64,000 nucleotides of DNA, taken from assembly GCA_965601925.1 (NCBI GenBank), contig OZ271854.1, forward strand, positions 1,824,001-1,888,000, written 5' to 3'. Source of the stretch: Alkalispirochaeta sp. (GTDB taxonomy: Bacteria; Spirochaetota; Spirochaetia; DSM-27196; Alkalispirochaetaceae). Of the stretch, positions 1 through 10,731 are shown piece by piece; the stretch's first letter is position 1, and the number at the start of each line of letters is the position of its first letter. The notes beneath the pieces are model-generated. The model was not told the DNA's origin. It did not search any database and saw only the letters and a list, made by a program, of their open reading frames with translations. Both the position numbers and the translations under genes were made by a program.

Positions 1-209
1 AGAATCGCGTCGCTGCGGCGGCAGAGCGCTACGGTCTCCTCGGGGAGGGCCGTGCCGTGGCGGTCGATTGCGGCGCCGCCCACATCCGCCGTCTCGATCG
101 TAAAAGTCCGTCTCGATTTGCGTTCGACGACCGAGAGGACCGCTCGCGCCTGCTCCATCACCTCCGGGCCGATTCCATCGCCGGCCAGTACCGCGATCGT
201 GTTGCTCAT
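1..209 (-). CDS. leuB: 3-isopropylmalate dehydrogenase, N-terminal part (runs off window start)
   Basis: Manual translation from ATG 209 gives [21 protein letters not shown]...[29 protein letters not shown], containing the GDGIGPEV and GGAAID signatures. Not in the ORF track. Confidence 0.92.
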   Translation of the reverse strand, partial: [69 protein letters not shown]

Positions 210-315
210 GGCCGCATCGTATCGCTCAGTCGCTCCTTGGACAAGCCGCGGCACGGGCGCAGCCGCAGCCGCAATGTATGGCCGCGAGACGGGACAAAGC
301 GGTATGCTCTGAATC

Positions 316-1047
316 GTGGAAACACGACGCTATCGACACGTTCTCATAGACGCGGACAATACGATCCTCAACTTTGCGGTGTGCGAAAAGCGCATACTGG
401 AAGCGATGGCTCTCGAGTTCGGTTTCATGCCGGTTACCAAGGAGGGGGTCGATCTCACCACGGCGTATCGCGAGATAAACGCCGAACTCTGGAGGCAACT
501 CGAGGAGGGGGAGATCGGGCCGGATGAGCTCAAGATCGAGCGGTTTCGTCGGCTGGTTCGGATTCTCGACTTCAGCGCGATTTCACGGCCGGTGGAGCCG
601 GAGTTCCTCAATCGACAGTTCATCGCGCGACTAAGTCGGTGCGGCGAAGTGGTGCCGACCTCACCGCAGGTCCTACGCGCCATCGCGCCGGTCGTCGTGG
701 TAACGAACGGGTTTGCCGATGTGCAGCGACCGCGGTTAGATGCGAGCGGTCTCGGTCCGTACACGAGCGACGTCATCATTTCCGAGGAGATCGGAGCGGC
801 CAAGCCGCAACGTGCGTTCTTCGACCACGTATTGGCCCGCCTGGGCGATGCCGATCCCGCCGAGTGTATCATGATCGGCGATTCTTTGAGCTCCGACATC
901 GTCGGCGGTAATAGAGCGGGAATTGACACCGTATGGCTCGACCGCAGCGCCATGCTCGGCGAGACGCCGCCGGAGGTCACCGGAGAGCGTCGTCCGACGT
1001 GGCGCATCACGCGTCTCGTGCAGTTGAAAGAGATCATTTTGTCGTAG
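316..1047 (+). CDS. HAD-superfamily hydrolase, YjjG-like noncanonical pyrimidine nucleotidase
   Basis: Motifs DADNTI, TNG, KP and [12 protein letters not shown]. Confidence 0.85.
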   Translation: METRRYRHVLIDADNTILNFAVCEKRILEAMALEFGFMPVTKEGVDLTTAYREINAELWRQLEEGEIGPDELKIERFRRLVRILDFSAISRPVEPEFLNRQFIARLSRCGEVVPTSPQVLRAIAPVVVVTNGFADVQRPRLDASGLGPYTSDVIISEEIGAAKPQRAFFDHVLARLGDADPAECIMIGDSLSSDIVGGNRAGIDTVWLDRSAMLGETPPEVTGERRPTWRITRLVQLKEIILS

Positions 1048-1129
1048 CGCTCGGTCGCGTACGCGTTTTGCCACGCTCGTCCCCGGCGTGCTACAATGCG
1101 GCTACATTCGACGAGGAGGACCGTTCCAC

Positions 1130-3100
1130 ATGGATAACAAGGCGATAGAAGCCGTTGCGCTCTCGGTGCGCACATTGACGATAGATGCCGTACAGGCCGC
1201 CAACTCCGGACATCCCGGCATGCCGATGGGACTCGCCGAGTTGGGCGCGCTGCTCTACGGTGAGATTCTCAAACATAATCCCGCCGATCCCGCGTGGCCC
1301 GACCGCGATCGGTTCATCCTCTCGGCGGGGCACGGCTCGATGTTTCTCTACAGTCTTCTGCACTTAGCCGGCTATGACTTGTCGCTTTCGGAGATCAAGC
1401 AGTTTCGCCAGGTGGGAAGTAAGACTCCCGGACACCCCGAGTTCGGCCACACCGTCGGCGTCGAGACGACGACGGGCCCCCTCGGCCAAGGACTTACCAA
1501 CGCGGTCGGCTTTGCTATCGCCGAGCGCATGCTCGCCGCGCGCTTCAATACCGGCGAACATACGGTCGTCGACCACCATACCTACGTCATCGCCGGCGAC
1601 GGGTGTCTCATGGAGGGTATCACCTCCGAAGCGAGCTCCCTGGCCGGTCACCTCGGCCTCGGTAAGCTTATCGTTTTTTACGACAGCAATCGCATCTCGA
1701 TAGAGGGCTCGACCGAGCTCGCCTTTACCGAGGACGTTGCGGCGCGTTACCGCGCCTACGGGTGGCAGGTGCTCGAGGGTAATGCGTACGACCCCGATTC
1801 GATTCGGCGTCTCGTCGCCGACGCCAAGGCAGACACGGAGCGCCCTTCGATGATCATTCTCGATTCCGTCATCGGTAAGGGATCACCGAACAAGGCGGGC
1901 ACCCACGGCGTGCACGGCGCGGCTCTCGGCGACGACGAGGTCGCTCTGACCAAACAACGGCTGGGCGTCGACGCACAGACGATGTTCCATATCGAACCCG
2001 CCGCCGCGAGTTTTTTCACCGATCGTAGGGCCGAGCTTGCGAAGGAGCAGAGCGCGTGGCAAAGCACCTTCGACGCGTGGGCGGCGGCCAATCCGGGGCT
2101 CCTCGCCCAATGGCAGGAGTCGGTCGAGGGCGGATACAAGCGCGTGCTCAAGGACATCGGTATGCCGTCGTACGCCGTGGGCGACAAAGTCGCGACCCGC
2201 AAGGCGAGCGGCGGTGCACTCCAGGCGATCGCCAAGATGTTGCCTCACGTCGTAGGCGGTTCCGCGGATCTTGCGCCCTCCAACAACACGGCGCTTCCCG
2301 AGTACGGTGACTTCGGTCCCGACAATCCCGGCGGACGGACGCTGCACTTCGGAGTGCGCGAGTTCGGTATGGCGGCGATCGGAAACGGTATGGCGCTCCA
2401 CGGCGGCTTGCGGCCGTTCGTGGCAACCTTCCTCGTCTTCGCCGACTATCTGAGGCCGGCCATACGCCTCTCGGCGTTGATGCAGACGCCGGTCGTCTAC
2501 ATTTTGACCCACGACTCAGTCTATCTCGGCGAGGACGGGCCGACCCATCAGCCGATCGAGCATTTGGCGGTATTGCGGGCCATTCCGGGCTTGCGCGTCC
2601 TGCGTCCCGCCGACGCCGAAGAGACCAATGAAGCGTGGCTCATGGCCCTGGAACACGACGGGCCGACCGTTTTGGCCCTTACCCGTCAGGGATTGCCGAC
2701 GCTGGCCAAGGCGGACACGAACTGGCGGAGCTCCATTCGCAAAGGCGCCTATGTCGTCTCCGATGCCGAGGATCCGGAGGTGATCGTGGTAGCGAGCGGA
2801 AGCGAAGTCTCTCTCGCACACGAGGCGGTCGAAGCGAGCGGGCGACGGTGCCGCATCGTCTCGATGATGAGTCGTGAGCTGTTCGAGTCCCAGGACGCCG
2901 CGTGGCGTGAGACGGTGCTTCCGAGCGGCGTGCCGGTGGTGGTCGCCGAGGCGGGGATTCGCCAAGGATGGGAGCGCCACGCTGCACGTGAATTGATACT
3001 GTCGATCGACCGTTTCGGTGCCAGCGGACCGGGCGCACGGGTCGCGGAACACCTCGGATTTACCGCAGAACGTCTGGCCGGCTTGATCCGTTCGGCATAA
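1130..3100 (+). CDS. tkt: Transketolase
   Basis: [26 protein letters not shown] and EDGPTHQP motifs. Start set at ATG 1130, downstream of a GAGGAGG RBS. Confidence 0.97.
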   Translation: MDNKAIEAVALSVRTLTIDAVQAANSGHPGMPMGLAELGALLYGEILKHNPADPAWPDRDRFILSAGHGSMFLYSLLHLAGYDLSLSEIKQFRQVGSKTPGHPEFGHTVGVETTTGPLGQGLTNAVGFAIAERMLAARFNTGEHTVVDHHTYVIAGDGCLMEGITSEASSLAGHLGLGKLIVFYDSNRISIEGSTELAFTEDVAARYRAYGWQVLEGNAYDPDSIRRLVADAKADTERPSMIILDSVIGKGSPNKAGTHGVHGAALGDDEVALTKQRLGVDAQTMFHIEPAAASFFTDRRAELAKEQSAWQSTFDAWAAANPGLLAQWQESVEGGYKRVLKDIGMPSYAVGDKVATRKASGGALQAIAKMLPHVVGGSADLAPSNNTALPEYGDFGPDNPGGRTLHFGVREFGMAAIGNGMALHGGLRPFVATFLVFADYLRPAIRLSALMQTPVVYILTHDSVYLGEDGPTHQPIEHLAVLRAIPGLRVLRPADAEETNEAWLMALEHDGPTVLALTRQGLPTLAKADTNWRSSIRKGAYVVSDAEDPEVIVVASGSEVSLAHEAVEASGRRCRIVSMMSRELFESQDAAWRETVLPSGVPVVVAEAGIRQGWERHAARELILSIDRFGASGPGARVAEHLGFTAERLAGLIRSA

Positions 3101-3109
3101 TCGACTGAG

Positions 3110-3133
3110 TCGCCGCGGCGTACGACGCGGCGA
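3110..3133 (+). other. Intergenic stem-loop between tkt and xylB
   Basis: TCGCCGCG-N8-CGCGGCGA; no U-tract follows. Confidence 0.4.
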
Positions 3134-3167
3134 TAGACGGGTAGGAACATTGCACCGGAGGCGAGAT

Positions 3168-4709
3168 ATGGCACGATACGCGCTTGGGTTTGACGTCGGA
3201 AGCTCCTCCATCAAGGCGAGCTTGGTAGATATCGACACCGGCTCGCGCGTCGCCTCCGCCGGCGCGCCGGCGACAGAGATGCCGATCAGCGCCCCGCGCT
3301 CGGATTGGGCGGAGCAGGACCCGGCGATGTGGTGGCGCTACATGGTGGAGACCACCCGGGCGCTCGCGAGGGACGTCGACCTCGCCTCGGTCGTCTCGGT
3401 CGGGATCTCCTACCAAATGCACGGTCTGGTCGCCGTGAATCGTGCCGGCGAGCCGCTACGTCCCGCCATCATCTGGTGCGACAGTCGCGCCGTACCGTAT
3501 GGCGAAGCGGCCTTCCGGGCGTTGGGAGGCGCAGCGCAGGTACTTCCCCGTCTGCTCAACTCGCCGGGTAATTTCACCGCCGCAAAGCTGGCGTGGGTCA
3601 AGGAACACGAGCCCGAACTATACGCCGATATCTGGAAGATCATGCTTCCCGGTGACTATCTGGCCTTTCGGATGACCGGCGAGCCGATCACCACCGCGAG
3701 CGGCCTCTCGGAGGGAATCTTCTGGGATTTCAATGACGACGCTCCGGCGCAATTTCTTCTCGACCACTTCGGCTTCGATGCGGATGTACTTCCGGAGGCC
3801 AAAGAGAGTTTCGGCGACCATGGACGCGTTACCAGGGCCGCCGCCGCCGAGCTCGGTATTCCGGCCGGCATTCCCGTTGCGTACCGCGCCGGCGATCAAC
3901 CGAATAACGCGCTCTCGCTCAACGTGTTGAACCCCGGGGAGATTGCAGCCACCGCCGGCACCTCCGGCGTTATCTACGGCGTCGTGGATCGTCCGGTGTG
4001 GGACGAAAAGAGTCGCGTCAACACGTTTCTGCATGTGAACCACCGCGCCGACCGAAAACGGTACGGTGTGCTCCAGGTCCTGAACGGTACCGGTATTCTC
4101 AACCGCTGGATCCGCGAAAACGCGATCGATCCGCTTCCTCCGATCGACTGTACCGTCCCGCCTGCCGAGGAAATCTCCCGCGTTTCTTACGAGCGTCTGA
4201 ACGATCTTGCCGACTTGGCGCCGGTGGGCAGCGACGGTTTGGTCTTTTTACCCTTCGGGAACGGCGCCGAACGGATATTGGAGAACGAGAACTACGGCGC
4301 AAGCCTTCACGGCCTCAACTTCAACATCCACGATCGGCGCCATTTGGTGCGGGCGGCGCAAGAGGGGATCGTCTTCGCCCTCGGTTACGGTCTGGAAATC
4401 ATGCGCGACATCGGTATGTCCGTCGATACGGTGCGTGCCGGATACGCGAATATGTTCCTGAGCCCTCTCTTTCGACGCGCCTTTGCCACGGTGAGCGGAG
4501 CGGTGGTGGAGCTTTACAATACCGACGGAAGCGAGGGCGCCGCCCGTGGGGGTGCCTACGGCGCCGGGCTCTACGACGACCTTCATGATGCGTTCGCCGG
4601 CCTCGATCTACGCGAGACGATCGAACCCGACGCATCGGTCGAGACGGAGTACCGCGACGGCTACGACCACTGGCTATCGGTACTCCGGAGCGTCGTCGGC
4701 GATCGGTAG
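3168..4709 (+). CDS. xylB: Xylulokinase (FGGY carbohydrate kinase)
   Basis: GFDVGSSSIK, YQMHGLV, IIWCDSR, AGDQ and GTSG motifs; GGAGG RBS before ATG 3168. Confidence 0.85.
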   Translation: MARYALGFDVGSSSIKASLVDIDTGSRVASAGAPATEMPISAPRSDWAEQDPAMWWRYMVETTRALARDVDLASVVSVGISYQMHGLVAVNRAGEPLRPAIIWCDSRAVPYGEAAFRALGGAAQVLPRLLNSPGNFTAAKLAWVKEHEPELYADIWKIMLPGDYLAFRMTGEPITTASGLSEGIFWDFNDDAPAQFLLDHFGFDADVLPEAKESFGDHGRVTRAAAAELGIPAGIPVAYRAGDQPNNALSLNVLNPGEIAATAGTSGVIYGVVDRPVWDEKSRVNTFLHVNHRADRKRYGVLQVLNGTGILNRWIRENAIDPLPPIDCTVPPAEEISRVSYERLNDLADLAPVGSDGLVFLPFGNGAERILENENYGASLHGLNFNIHDRRHLVRAAQEGIVFALGYGLEIMRDIGMSVDTVRAGYANMFLSPLFRRAFATVSGAVVELYNTDGSEGAARGGAYGAGLYDDLHDAFAGLDLRETIEPDASVETEYRDGYDHWLSVLRSVVGDR

Positions 4710-4722
4710 CGCCGGCGCACCT

Positions 4723-6072
4723 TTACGGTTTATACGACGAGAGATAGTGTGGAAACTCATCTTCGTGAATCGGTCGACTGAAGAAAAAGCCCTGATAGTA
4801 GTCGCAGCCCTCTTCCATCAGCACCGCGTATTGCGTCTCCGTCTCGATTCCTTCGGCTAACGTCGACATGTTCATGCTGCGCGCCATGGCGATGATCGTA
4901 CCGACGATGTCTCGACTGCGTTTGTTCTCGTGGACCGTGTCGACGAACTCGCGCGCAATTTTGATCGTATCGACGGGCAGTTCCCGCAAGTACGACAGGG
5001 ACGAGTATCCCGTTCCGAAGTCGTCGATCATGATCCGGATACCCCGGGAGCGAAGAAGGGCGAGTTTCTCGATCACCGAGTGCGCCTCTTTCACGATCGC
5101 CGTTTCGGTCAACTCCAAGCGAATCGTTTCGGGCTCCGCACCCGAAGCATCTATGATTCCCAAGACGCGGTCGACGAAGTCGGGCTGTTGTAACTGTCTC
5201 CCGGACACGTTGACCGAAACGATCGGAATCTCGAATCCCTCTCGGCGCCACGCGTTGAGATGATCGCAGGTGTGGAAGAGCACCCACAGTCCGATGATCT
5301 CAATGTGGCCGTACTCCTCCGCGATGGGAATGAACTCGCCCGGCGAGACCATTCCGAGGGCCGGGTGGTGCCATCGCAGAAGCGACTCGGCGCCATGGAG
5401 CGACGTATCGCGACCGACGATCGGTTGAAATGCGATGTGGTATTGGTCGAGCCCTTCTTGGATCGACTCGTTGAGCGCCCGCTGGATGCGATAGACTCGC
5501 CGTCGCTGGTGCCCCATGTCCGAGTCGTATATGATCGTTCCGCCCGATTGTTGCTCGGCAACGCCGAGAGCGATCTCCGCATTTGCCAGGAGGGCGGCGC
5601 TCGTCTCTCCGTGGTCGGGATACAACGATAGTCCGATGAAACAACCCAGGCGTGTATTGGCCGCCGGATACTCGTGTGGGCGTGCGACCTCCGCCCCGAT
5701 TCGCTCTCCGAGTCCCGTAAGGTCGTCGAGTTGCCACTCCCGATCCAACAGTACGATAAACTCATCGAGTCGCAGAGATTGGTAGATACCGCCGGGTATC
5801 ACCGCCTGGAGACGCTGGCCGGTTACGAACAGAAGCGCGTGCGCGAGCTCGCTACTGTGCCTGAACTCGGTGTAACGGTGGTCCAAGCGTACGAGACCCA
5901 CGGCGAATTGTCGTTTCGGCGCCTCCTCGAGGAGTGAGAACAGTCTTTTTTCAAAGGAGCGGCGCACCGGCAACCCCGTGTATTGATCGTGGTCGACCAA
6001 TGTGCGAAGTACGGCCAGCTCTTCGGTTACCCGGTGAAGACGCTCCTCACAACCGGGAGTTTCCTCGTGCAT
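4723..6072 (-). CDS. Degenerate GGDEF + EAL protein, probable c-di-GMP phosphodiesterase
   Basis: GGDEF site reads RLDEF. EAL domain has ESLLRW, SVNVS, ELTE, DDFGTGYSS, AEGIE and QG. Confidence 0.88.
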   Translation of the reverse strand: MHEETPGCEERLHRVTEELAVLRTLVDHDQYTGLPVRRSFEKRLFSLLEEAPKRQFAVGLVRLDHRYTEFRHSSELAHALLFVTGQRLQAVIPGGIYQSLRLDEFIVLLDREWQLDDLTGLGERIGAEVARPHEYPAANTRLGCFIGLSLYPDHGETSAALLANAEIALGVAEQQSGGTIIYDSDMGHQRRRVYRIQRALNESIQEGLDQYHIAFQPIVGRDTSLHGAESLLRWHHPALGMVSPGEFIPIAEEYGHIEIIGLWVLFHTCDHLNAWRREGFEIPIVSVNVSGRQLQQPDFVDRVLGIIDASGAEPETIRLELTETAIVKEAHSVIEKLALLRSRGIRIMIDDFGTGYSSLSYLRELPVDTIKIAREFVDTVHENKRSRDIVGTIIAMARSMNMSTLAEGIETETQYAVLMEEGCDYYQGFFFSRPIHEDEFPHYLSSYKP

Positions 6073-6139
6073 CTGATACAGACTGTATAGAATTTCTCGT
6101 CCGAGATATCAAGTAACGTCGACGACGCACCGCAGCGTA

Positions 6140-6955
6140 TCAGCGTACTTGATTGCTGTCGGTGTGAAATTGTTCGGCTGCGAGGGAGCCGAAACTCGAC
6201 GCCTCAGCCGGCGTCACGTTGAGGCGTGACCACTGGCCGTAGTACCACGACAGCGCCTCGCCCGTTTTGGCGACGCTCGATACCGGTCGCGCGGAAAACT
6301 CCGAGACGGCGCAGTTGGTCGCCAGTATGAGGGGCATCCACGGAATGGGAGCCTCCGGCACGGCGCCGAAGCTCGTCTTGAAGATCCATTGCAGCATTCC
6401 GCCGTGTGTGACCACCATGACGCGTATGGGCGAATCGACGGTCTCGGACGACTCCGATCGCTCCCGCGCAACGGCGTTGGCGTGGTCGACCACGGCCTCC
6501 CACGTAGCCAGAGCGCGGCCGGTGAGGGATGCGACGCTTTCGGCATCGCGGACCGCCTCCCAACTACCGACGATGAACTCGGCGTACTCCTCGGGGTACC
6601 GCTCTTTGATATCGCCGAGCGACAGACCGGTAAACATCCCCGTATCGAGCTCCTTGGCCGCCTCGAGCGGTTGTGGGCTCGCATACTCCGCCGCCTCGGT
6701 AATGATTCGTGCAGTCTCCATCGCGCGCGATAACGGCGAAGAGAAAACCCGATCCATCGCAACGCGCTCGTCGGCAAACCACCGCCCGGTGGTGTGAGCC
6801 TGCCGCCTGCCGAGGGCGGTGAGGACGTGGTCGCGGTGCCCCTGCATTTTCCCGGCTGCGTTGCCTTCGGACTCGCCGTGCCGTACGAAATAAAAGACGG
6901 TCGGAGACTGCAGACCGGTCATGATCTCGTGAAAACTCTTCATCGATGCGCTCAA
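6140..6955 (-). CDS. Histidine phosphatase (phosphoglycerate mutase-like) family protein
   Basis: VRHGES, SSPLSRA and VTHGG motifs. Confidence 0.9.
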   Translation of the reverse strand: MSASMKSFHEIMTGLQSPTVFYFVRHGESEGNAAGKMQGHRDHVLTALGRRQAHTTGRWFADERVAMDRVFSSPLSRAMETARIITEAAEYASPQPLEAAKELDTGMFTGLSLGDIKERYPEEYAEFIVGSWEAVRDAESVASLTGRALATWEAVVDHANAVARERSESSETVDSPIRVMVVTHGGMLQWIFKTSFGAVPEAPIPWMPLILATNCAVSEFSARPVSSVAKTGEALSWYYGQWSRLNVTPAEASSFGSLAAEQFHTDSNQVR

Positions 6956-8790
6956 TAAAACAGAATGATGTCTTCCTCGACCGAGTCGTCGGTGTACTTA
7001 ATCATTAACGTATTGGTATCGCGCTCGTAGTGGCGACCCTTGATGTACGACTCGAAACTCGGATCGTTGCGCCACTGGAGGCCGAAGAGAATCATCGACT
7101 CGAACGGCGGAACGCCCTGCATCAGAATATAGTGCGTTCGGTTCTCCGGATAGCGGAGGCGAAAGGAGAATTGCTCTTCGCCGATCTCCGCACGTGTGAA
7201 ATCGGCGACGGTCCAGATGAAATGTCCGGCTCCGAGCTCTTCGTAGAGCGACATCGTGCGTGGATACCACGGATTTTCCGACAGATGCGCATACAGGCGT
7301 TCCGGCCCGAAGCTTCCTTCCTGCCCCTGGAGACCGTTCTCGTTGAAGAACAAAAACTCCGGGAGAAATCCCCGCTCGTCCGCGAGATCCAAACCCGATA
7401 CCAGCAGATTACGTCCGATCGTGGTGTAGAGCGGATTGCCTTCACGCCGTCCCAGTTGCTCCAACAGATCGCCGGCACGAATGGACCAGTAGAGCTCTAC
7501 CTCCGCCTGAGCCGTCTCGACGAAGAAATAGTCTTGAAGTTGCCGGATCGAGGGAAGAATACGCTCCTCCACGACGCCGATGAGGCGCTCGGTCGCGTCG
7601 CGTGCCTCATCGGAGGGGTGTAACGTATCGATCGCCGAGGCGAGCATGCCGATTGCCGTCGGGACATCGACGACGCGATAGTCGACCGTACGCGCAAACT
7701 CCAGAACACTGCGATACAACTCTTCGTCGCCGCGAAGGGCGGCAAAAGGGATGATGTCCTCGTCCCGGAATACGGTCGGATCTCCGGCGGAGATGCGTGC
7801 GGAGACGGTCAGGGCGCGTCGACGGTCGTCGGCGATAAATGTGTCCGTTACCTCTCTCAGATCGCCGAGAAACACCGATGAGAGTAATCCCACTTGATCG
7901 GGATGGAGGTCGGCGGCGCGTCGCATGCGATTGAACGCCGTAGTGTACTCGTCTCGTTCCCACGCCTCGGCGAGATATGCGGTGAGAATATCCTCGGAGA
8001 AACGACTCACCCCTTCGCGCGATTGCCACGTCCCCGTCCCGCCGTTGAAGCGGCTCGTCCAGCCGCGATAGCCGGTCTCCAGATACGTATCGATCGTCTG
8101 CGCGTAGACGCTGTCGCTTACCTGGCGGCGACCCTCGCTGAAGGCGACCTCGACGACATTGGCCTCTGCGCCGGTGACCTCGGCGTAACGAATCATCTGG
8201 CTCCCTCCGGAAAGAGGAATCACGAGCAGATCCTGACCTTCGTCGAATATGGTGCGCGGCGGTGTCGAGAAGAAAAAATCGCGATCGTCGTAGCTTACGT
8301 TGATCGTCTCGGGAGTCGCGGGATTCAGCGGTTGCGAGCGGACGTTGGAGCTGAATCGATACGGCAACAGAAGGTGTCCCTCCTCCGGCCACTGATTGGT
8401 CGGAATGGGGAGAAGGTGCAACTCCGGTGGATCCATTAACGCCACCTCGAATCGCAAGAGGCTTTCGTCGGAAAAAAAGACGCGTAGCTCGTGCTCGTCG
8501 ACCTCGTACCGTTTCGGAATGAGGTGTGCGTCGGAATCGGTCTCGGTGGTGATAACGACCGGATCGGACTCGGAAAACTCGAAGATGAGACCTTCGTATT
8601 CGATTCGTGCGCTGGTGATTTCGCTGCTCGTCTCATCTGCCCCGGGGATGAGCGTGCCGGCGAACCGTAACTTGTCGATGGTACGCCGAACGGTCAACGT
8701 ACCGGAAAACTGAAGAAAGAGTAGTCCGAAAATAGATGCGAGATACACCATCGGAACGATGAAGTACCGCCGGACCTTGCGGGCATGCAT
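6952..8790 (-). CDS. Membrane-anchored hypothetical protein (612 aa)
   Basis: Long ORF with a single N-terminal hydrophobic segment; stop overlaps the phosphatase start by 4 bp. Confidence 0.75.
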   Translation of the reverse strand: MHARKVRRYFIVPMVYLASIFGLLFLQFSGTLTVRRTIDKLRFAGTLIPGADETSSEITSARIEYEGLIFEFSESDPVVITTETDSDAHLIPKRYEVDEHELRVFFSDESLLRFEVALMDPPELHLLPIPTNQWPEEGHLLLPYRFSSNVRSQPLNPATPETINVSYDDRDFFFSTPPRTIFDEGQDLLVIPLSGGSQMIRYAEVTGAEANVVEVAFSEGRRQVSDSVYAQTIDTYLETGYRGWTSRFNGGTGTWQSREGVSRFSEDILTAYLAEAWERDEYTTAFNRMRRAADLHPDQVGLLSSVFLGDLREVTDTFIADDRRRALTVSARISAGDPTVFRDEDIIPFAALRGDEELYRSVLEFARTVDYRVVDVPTAIGMLASAIDTLHPSDEARDATERLIGVVEERILPSIRQLQDYFFVETAQAEVELYWSIRAGDLLEQLGRREGNPLYTTIGRNLLVSGLDLADERGFLPEFLFFNENGLQGQEGSFGPERLYAHLSENPWYPRTMSLYEELGAGHFIWTVADFTRAEIGEEQFSFRLRYPENRTHYILMQGVPPFESMILFGLQWRNDPSFESYIKGRHYERDTNTLMIKYTDDSVEEDIILFY

Positions 8791-8821
8791 ACCAAGAATC
8801 TACCAGAGCCGACCGGTTGTG

Positions 8822-9673
8822 TCAGCCGACCGAGCGCGGAATGAACCATCCGCGCGTCGGATCGAACAAGAGTCCGTCTTGAGGCGACGGACCGTCCGGT
8901 GATGTGTGCGCCCGCTCCGATAGCCCCATCCCCTGCGCATCCGCACCGAACGCGTGCTCTATTACCCCATCCCTCGTCAACTCGCGACTTGTGCCGCCTT
9001 GCACGCCCCCTTGGTAGACGACGAGTAGGCGGTCGGAAAAGTGCATTGCCAGATGCAGGTGATGGGTCGCCAGTATCGCCGAGCGAATCGCTTTGCGTGC
9101 AACCAAGTCGCGCAGGAGCAGAAACAAACCGGTCTGATGCGGTGGATCTAAGTGAGACGCCGGCTCGTCCAACAGTAACACATTCGGTCTTTGCGCAAGG
9201 GCGCGGGCGATCATGACTCGTTGGCGCTCGCCGTCGCTCACCTCTCCGACGAAGCGCCCGGCGAGGTGCGCGACCCCCGTCGCCGCCATCGCCTCGCGGA
9301 CCTCACGGGCATCCGCGGCGCCGCGACCGACCGGCGAGAGGTGCGGCAACCGACCGAGTGCTACGATCTCTTCCACGCGTAAGTACGCCGACGCCACTAC
9401 GTCGGTGAGGACGACCGCCAGGATGCGCGCCCGCTCTCGACGAGACAGGGCGCCGCGGCCGTAGACGGCGCGCCCGTCGAGCCGCACCGTGCCGCGTCGG
9501 GGCGGCATGAATCCGGCGATACATCGCAGAAGCGTCGTTTTACCTCCGCCGTTGGGCCCGACGAGGCTCACGACCTCGCCGTTTCGGATCGCCGCTCCGT
9601 CTATGCGGAGTATGCGCGGTCCGCGACGATAGGCCAGCTCGACCCCGGCCACTTCGATGCATGTGTCGTTCAC
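8822..9673 (-). CDS. Cobalamin/siderophore ABC transporter ATPase (BtuD/FecE-like)
   Basis: GPNGGGKTT, VSDGERQR and LLLDEP motifs. Start reassigned to GTG 9673, which overlaps the permease stop. Confidence 0.9.
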   Translation of the reverse strand: MNDTCIEVAGVELAYRRGPRILRIDGAAIRNGEVVSLVGPNGGGKTTLLRCIAGFMPPRRGTVRLDGRAVYGRGALSRRERARILAVVLTDVVASAYLRVEEIVALGRLPHLSPVGRGAADAREVREAMAATGVAHLAGRFVGEVSDGERQRVMIARALAQRPNVLLLDEPASHLDPPHQTGLFLLLRDLVARKAIRSAILATHHLHLAMHFSDRLLVVYQGGVQGGTSRELTRDGVIEHAFGADAQGMGLSERAHTSPDGPSPQDGLLFDPTRGWFIPRSVG

Positions 9674-10719
9674 AGTCCGCTTCCTCCGCCCGACGCGCCC
9701 CGGTATGCGCGCAGAACGACGGCGAGTACGACCGGTACTCCGACCAACGCCATAACGGCGTTGAGGGGAAGCACGCGCCCGCTCCCCGGCAGACGCGACA
9801 CAAGATCCGCTCCGACGGCCAATGACGCGCCGACCAGCGCGGTCGCCGGGGCGAGTAGACGATGGCGGGAGCTTTTGAGCCACGAGCGCGCGATGTGCGG
9901 GACAGCCACGCCGAGAAATGAGATCGGTCCGGCAAAAGCGGTAATCAACCCCGTGAGGGTACCGGCCAAGAGGATCAACACACCCTGCGTCCTTCGAGCG
10001 TGTACCCCAGAGCTTTCGGCGTATGCCGGGCCGAGGAGCAGCGCATCGATCATGGGGCCGACGACGGAGAGGAGGGCCGCGGCGCCCGCCGCTACGAGTA
10101 CGAGCGTGAGCGGCGCGGGACCCGGGGGAAGGGCAAACGATCCGAAACTCCACATGATGTAGCGTTCCAGACCTTCGGTAGGGCTGGACGCCATCAACAG
10201 CGTCGTCACGGCGTTGGCGGCGTACCCGAACAGAAGCCCCAACACCAACAGAAGCACCGGTTGATCGACGAGGCGGTTGACGCCGATCATCGCCGTTAAT
10301 ACGACCGCCGAGCCGGCGATCGCGGCGACGGTGGTCATCGCGGCCGCCTGCCCACCCACCCCGGCGAGGAGCGTGAGCGCCACACCGAGCCCCGCACCGG
10401 CGCTTACACCGAGTACGCCGGGTCCCGCGAGGGCGTTACGAAAGACCGTCTGCATGAGGAGGCCTGCAAGACCCAAGCCTGCGCCCGCACCCACGGCGGT
10501 GAGGATGCGGGGGAGGCGGACGGTGCGGACGATAATTGTTTGCGGATCCGTCAGAACGGCCTCTTCCCCTTGATTCGCCGCGGAGACCGTAGGATTCGAC
10601 AGTGCCGACCATACCGAGCGCGGCGAGATCGACACCGATCCGAGCAGCAGCGACAACGCCATAAGGAGAGGAAGCAGGGTGCACAGTGCGATGAGTTTTG
10701 CGGCGTATACGCGCTTCAC
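9670..10719 (-). CDS. FecCD/BtuC-family ABC permease
   Basis: VRLPR, MQTVFRNALAGPGVLGVSAGA, GPISFLGVAVPH and LPLNAV motifs. Confidence 0.93.
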   Translation of the reverse strand: MKRVYAAKLIALCTLLPLLMALSLLLGSVSISPRSVWSALSNPTVSAANQGEEAVLTDPQTIIVRTVRLPRILTAVGAGAGLGLAGLLMQTVFRNALAGPGVLGVSAGAGLGVALTLLAGVGGQAAAMTTVAAIAGSAVVLTAMIGVNRLVDQPVLLLVLGLLFGYAANAVTTLLMASSPTEGLERYIMWSFGSFALPPGPAPLTLVLVAAGAAALLSVVGPMIDALLLGPAYAESSGVHARRTQGVLILLAGTLTGLITAFAGPISFLGVAVPHIARSWLKSSRHRLLAPATALVGASLAVGADLVSRLPGSGRVLPLNAVMALVGVPVVLAVVLRAYRGASGGGSGL

Positions 10720-10731
10720 GATCGCTCCCCG

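Noticed and set aside
6140..6955. Histidine phosphatase as CobC within the B12 operon
   Set aside because: Separated by a 612-aa gene with its own extended -10; RHG-family motifs do not specify the substrate.
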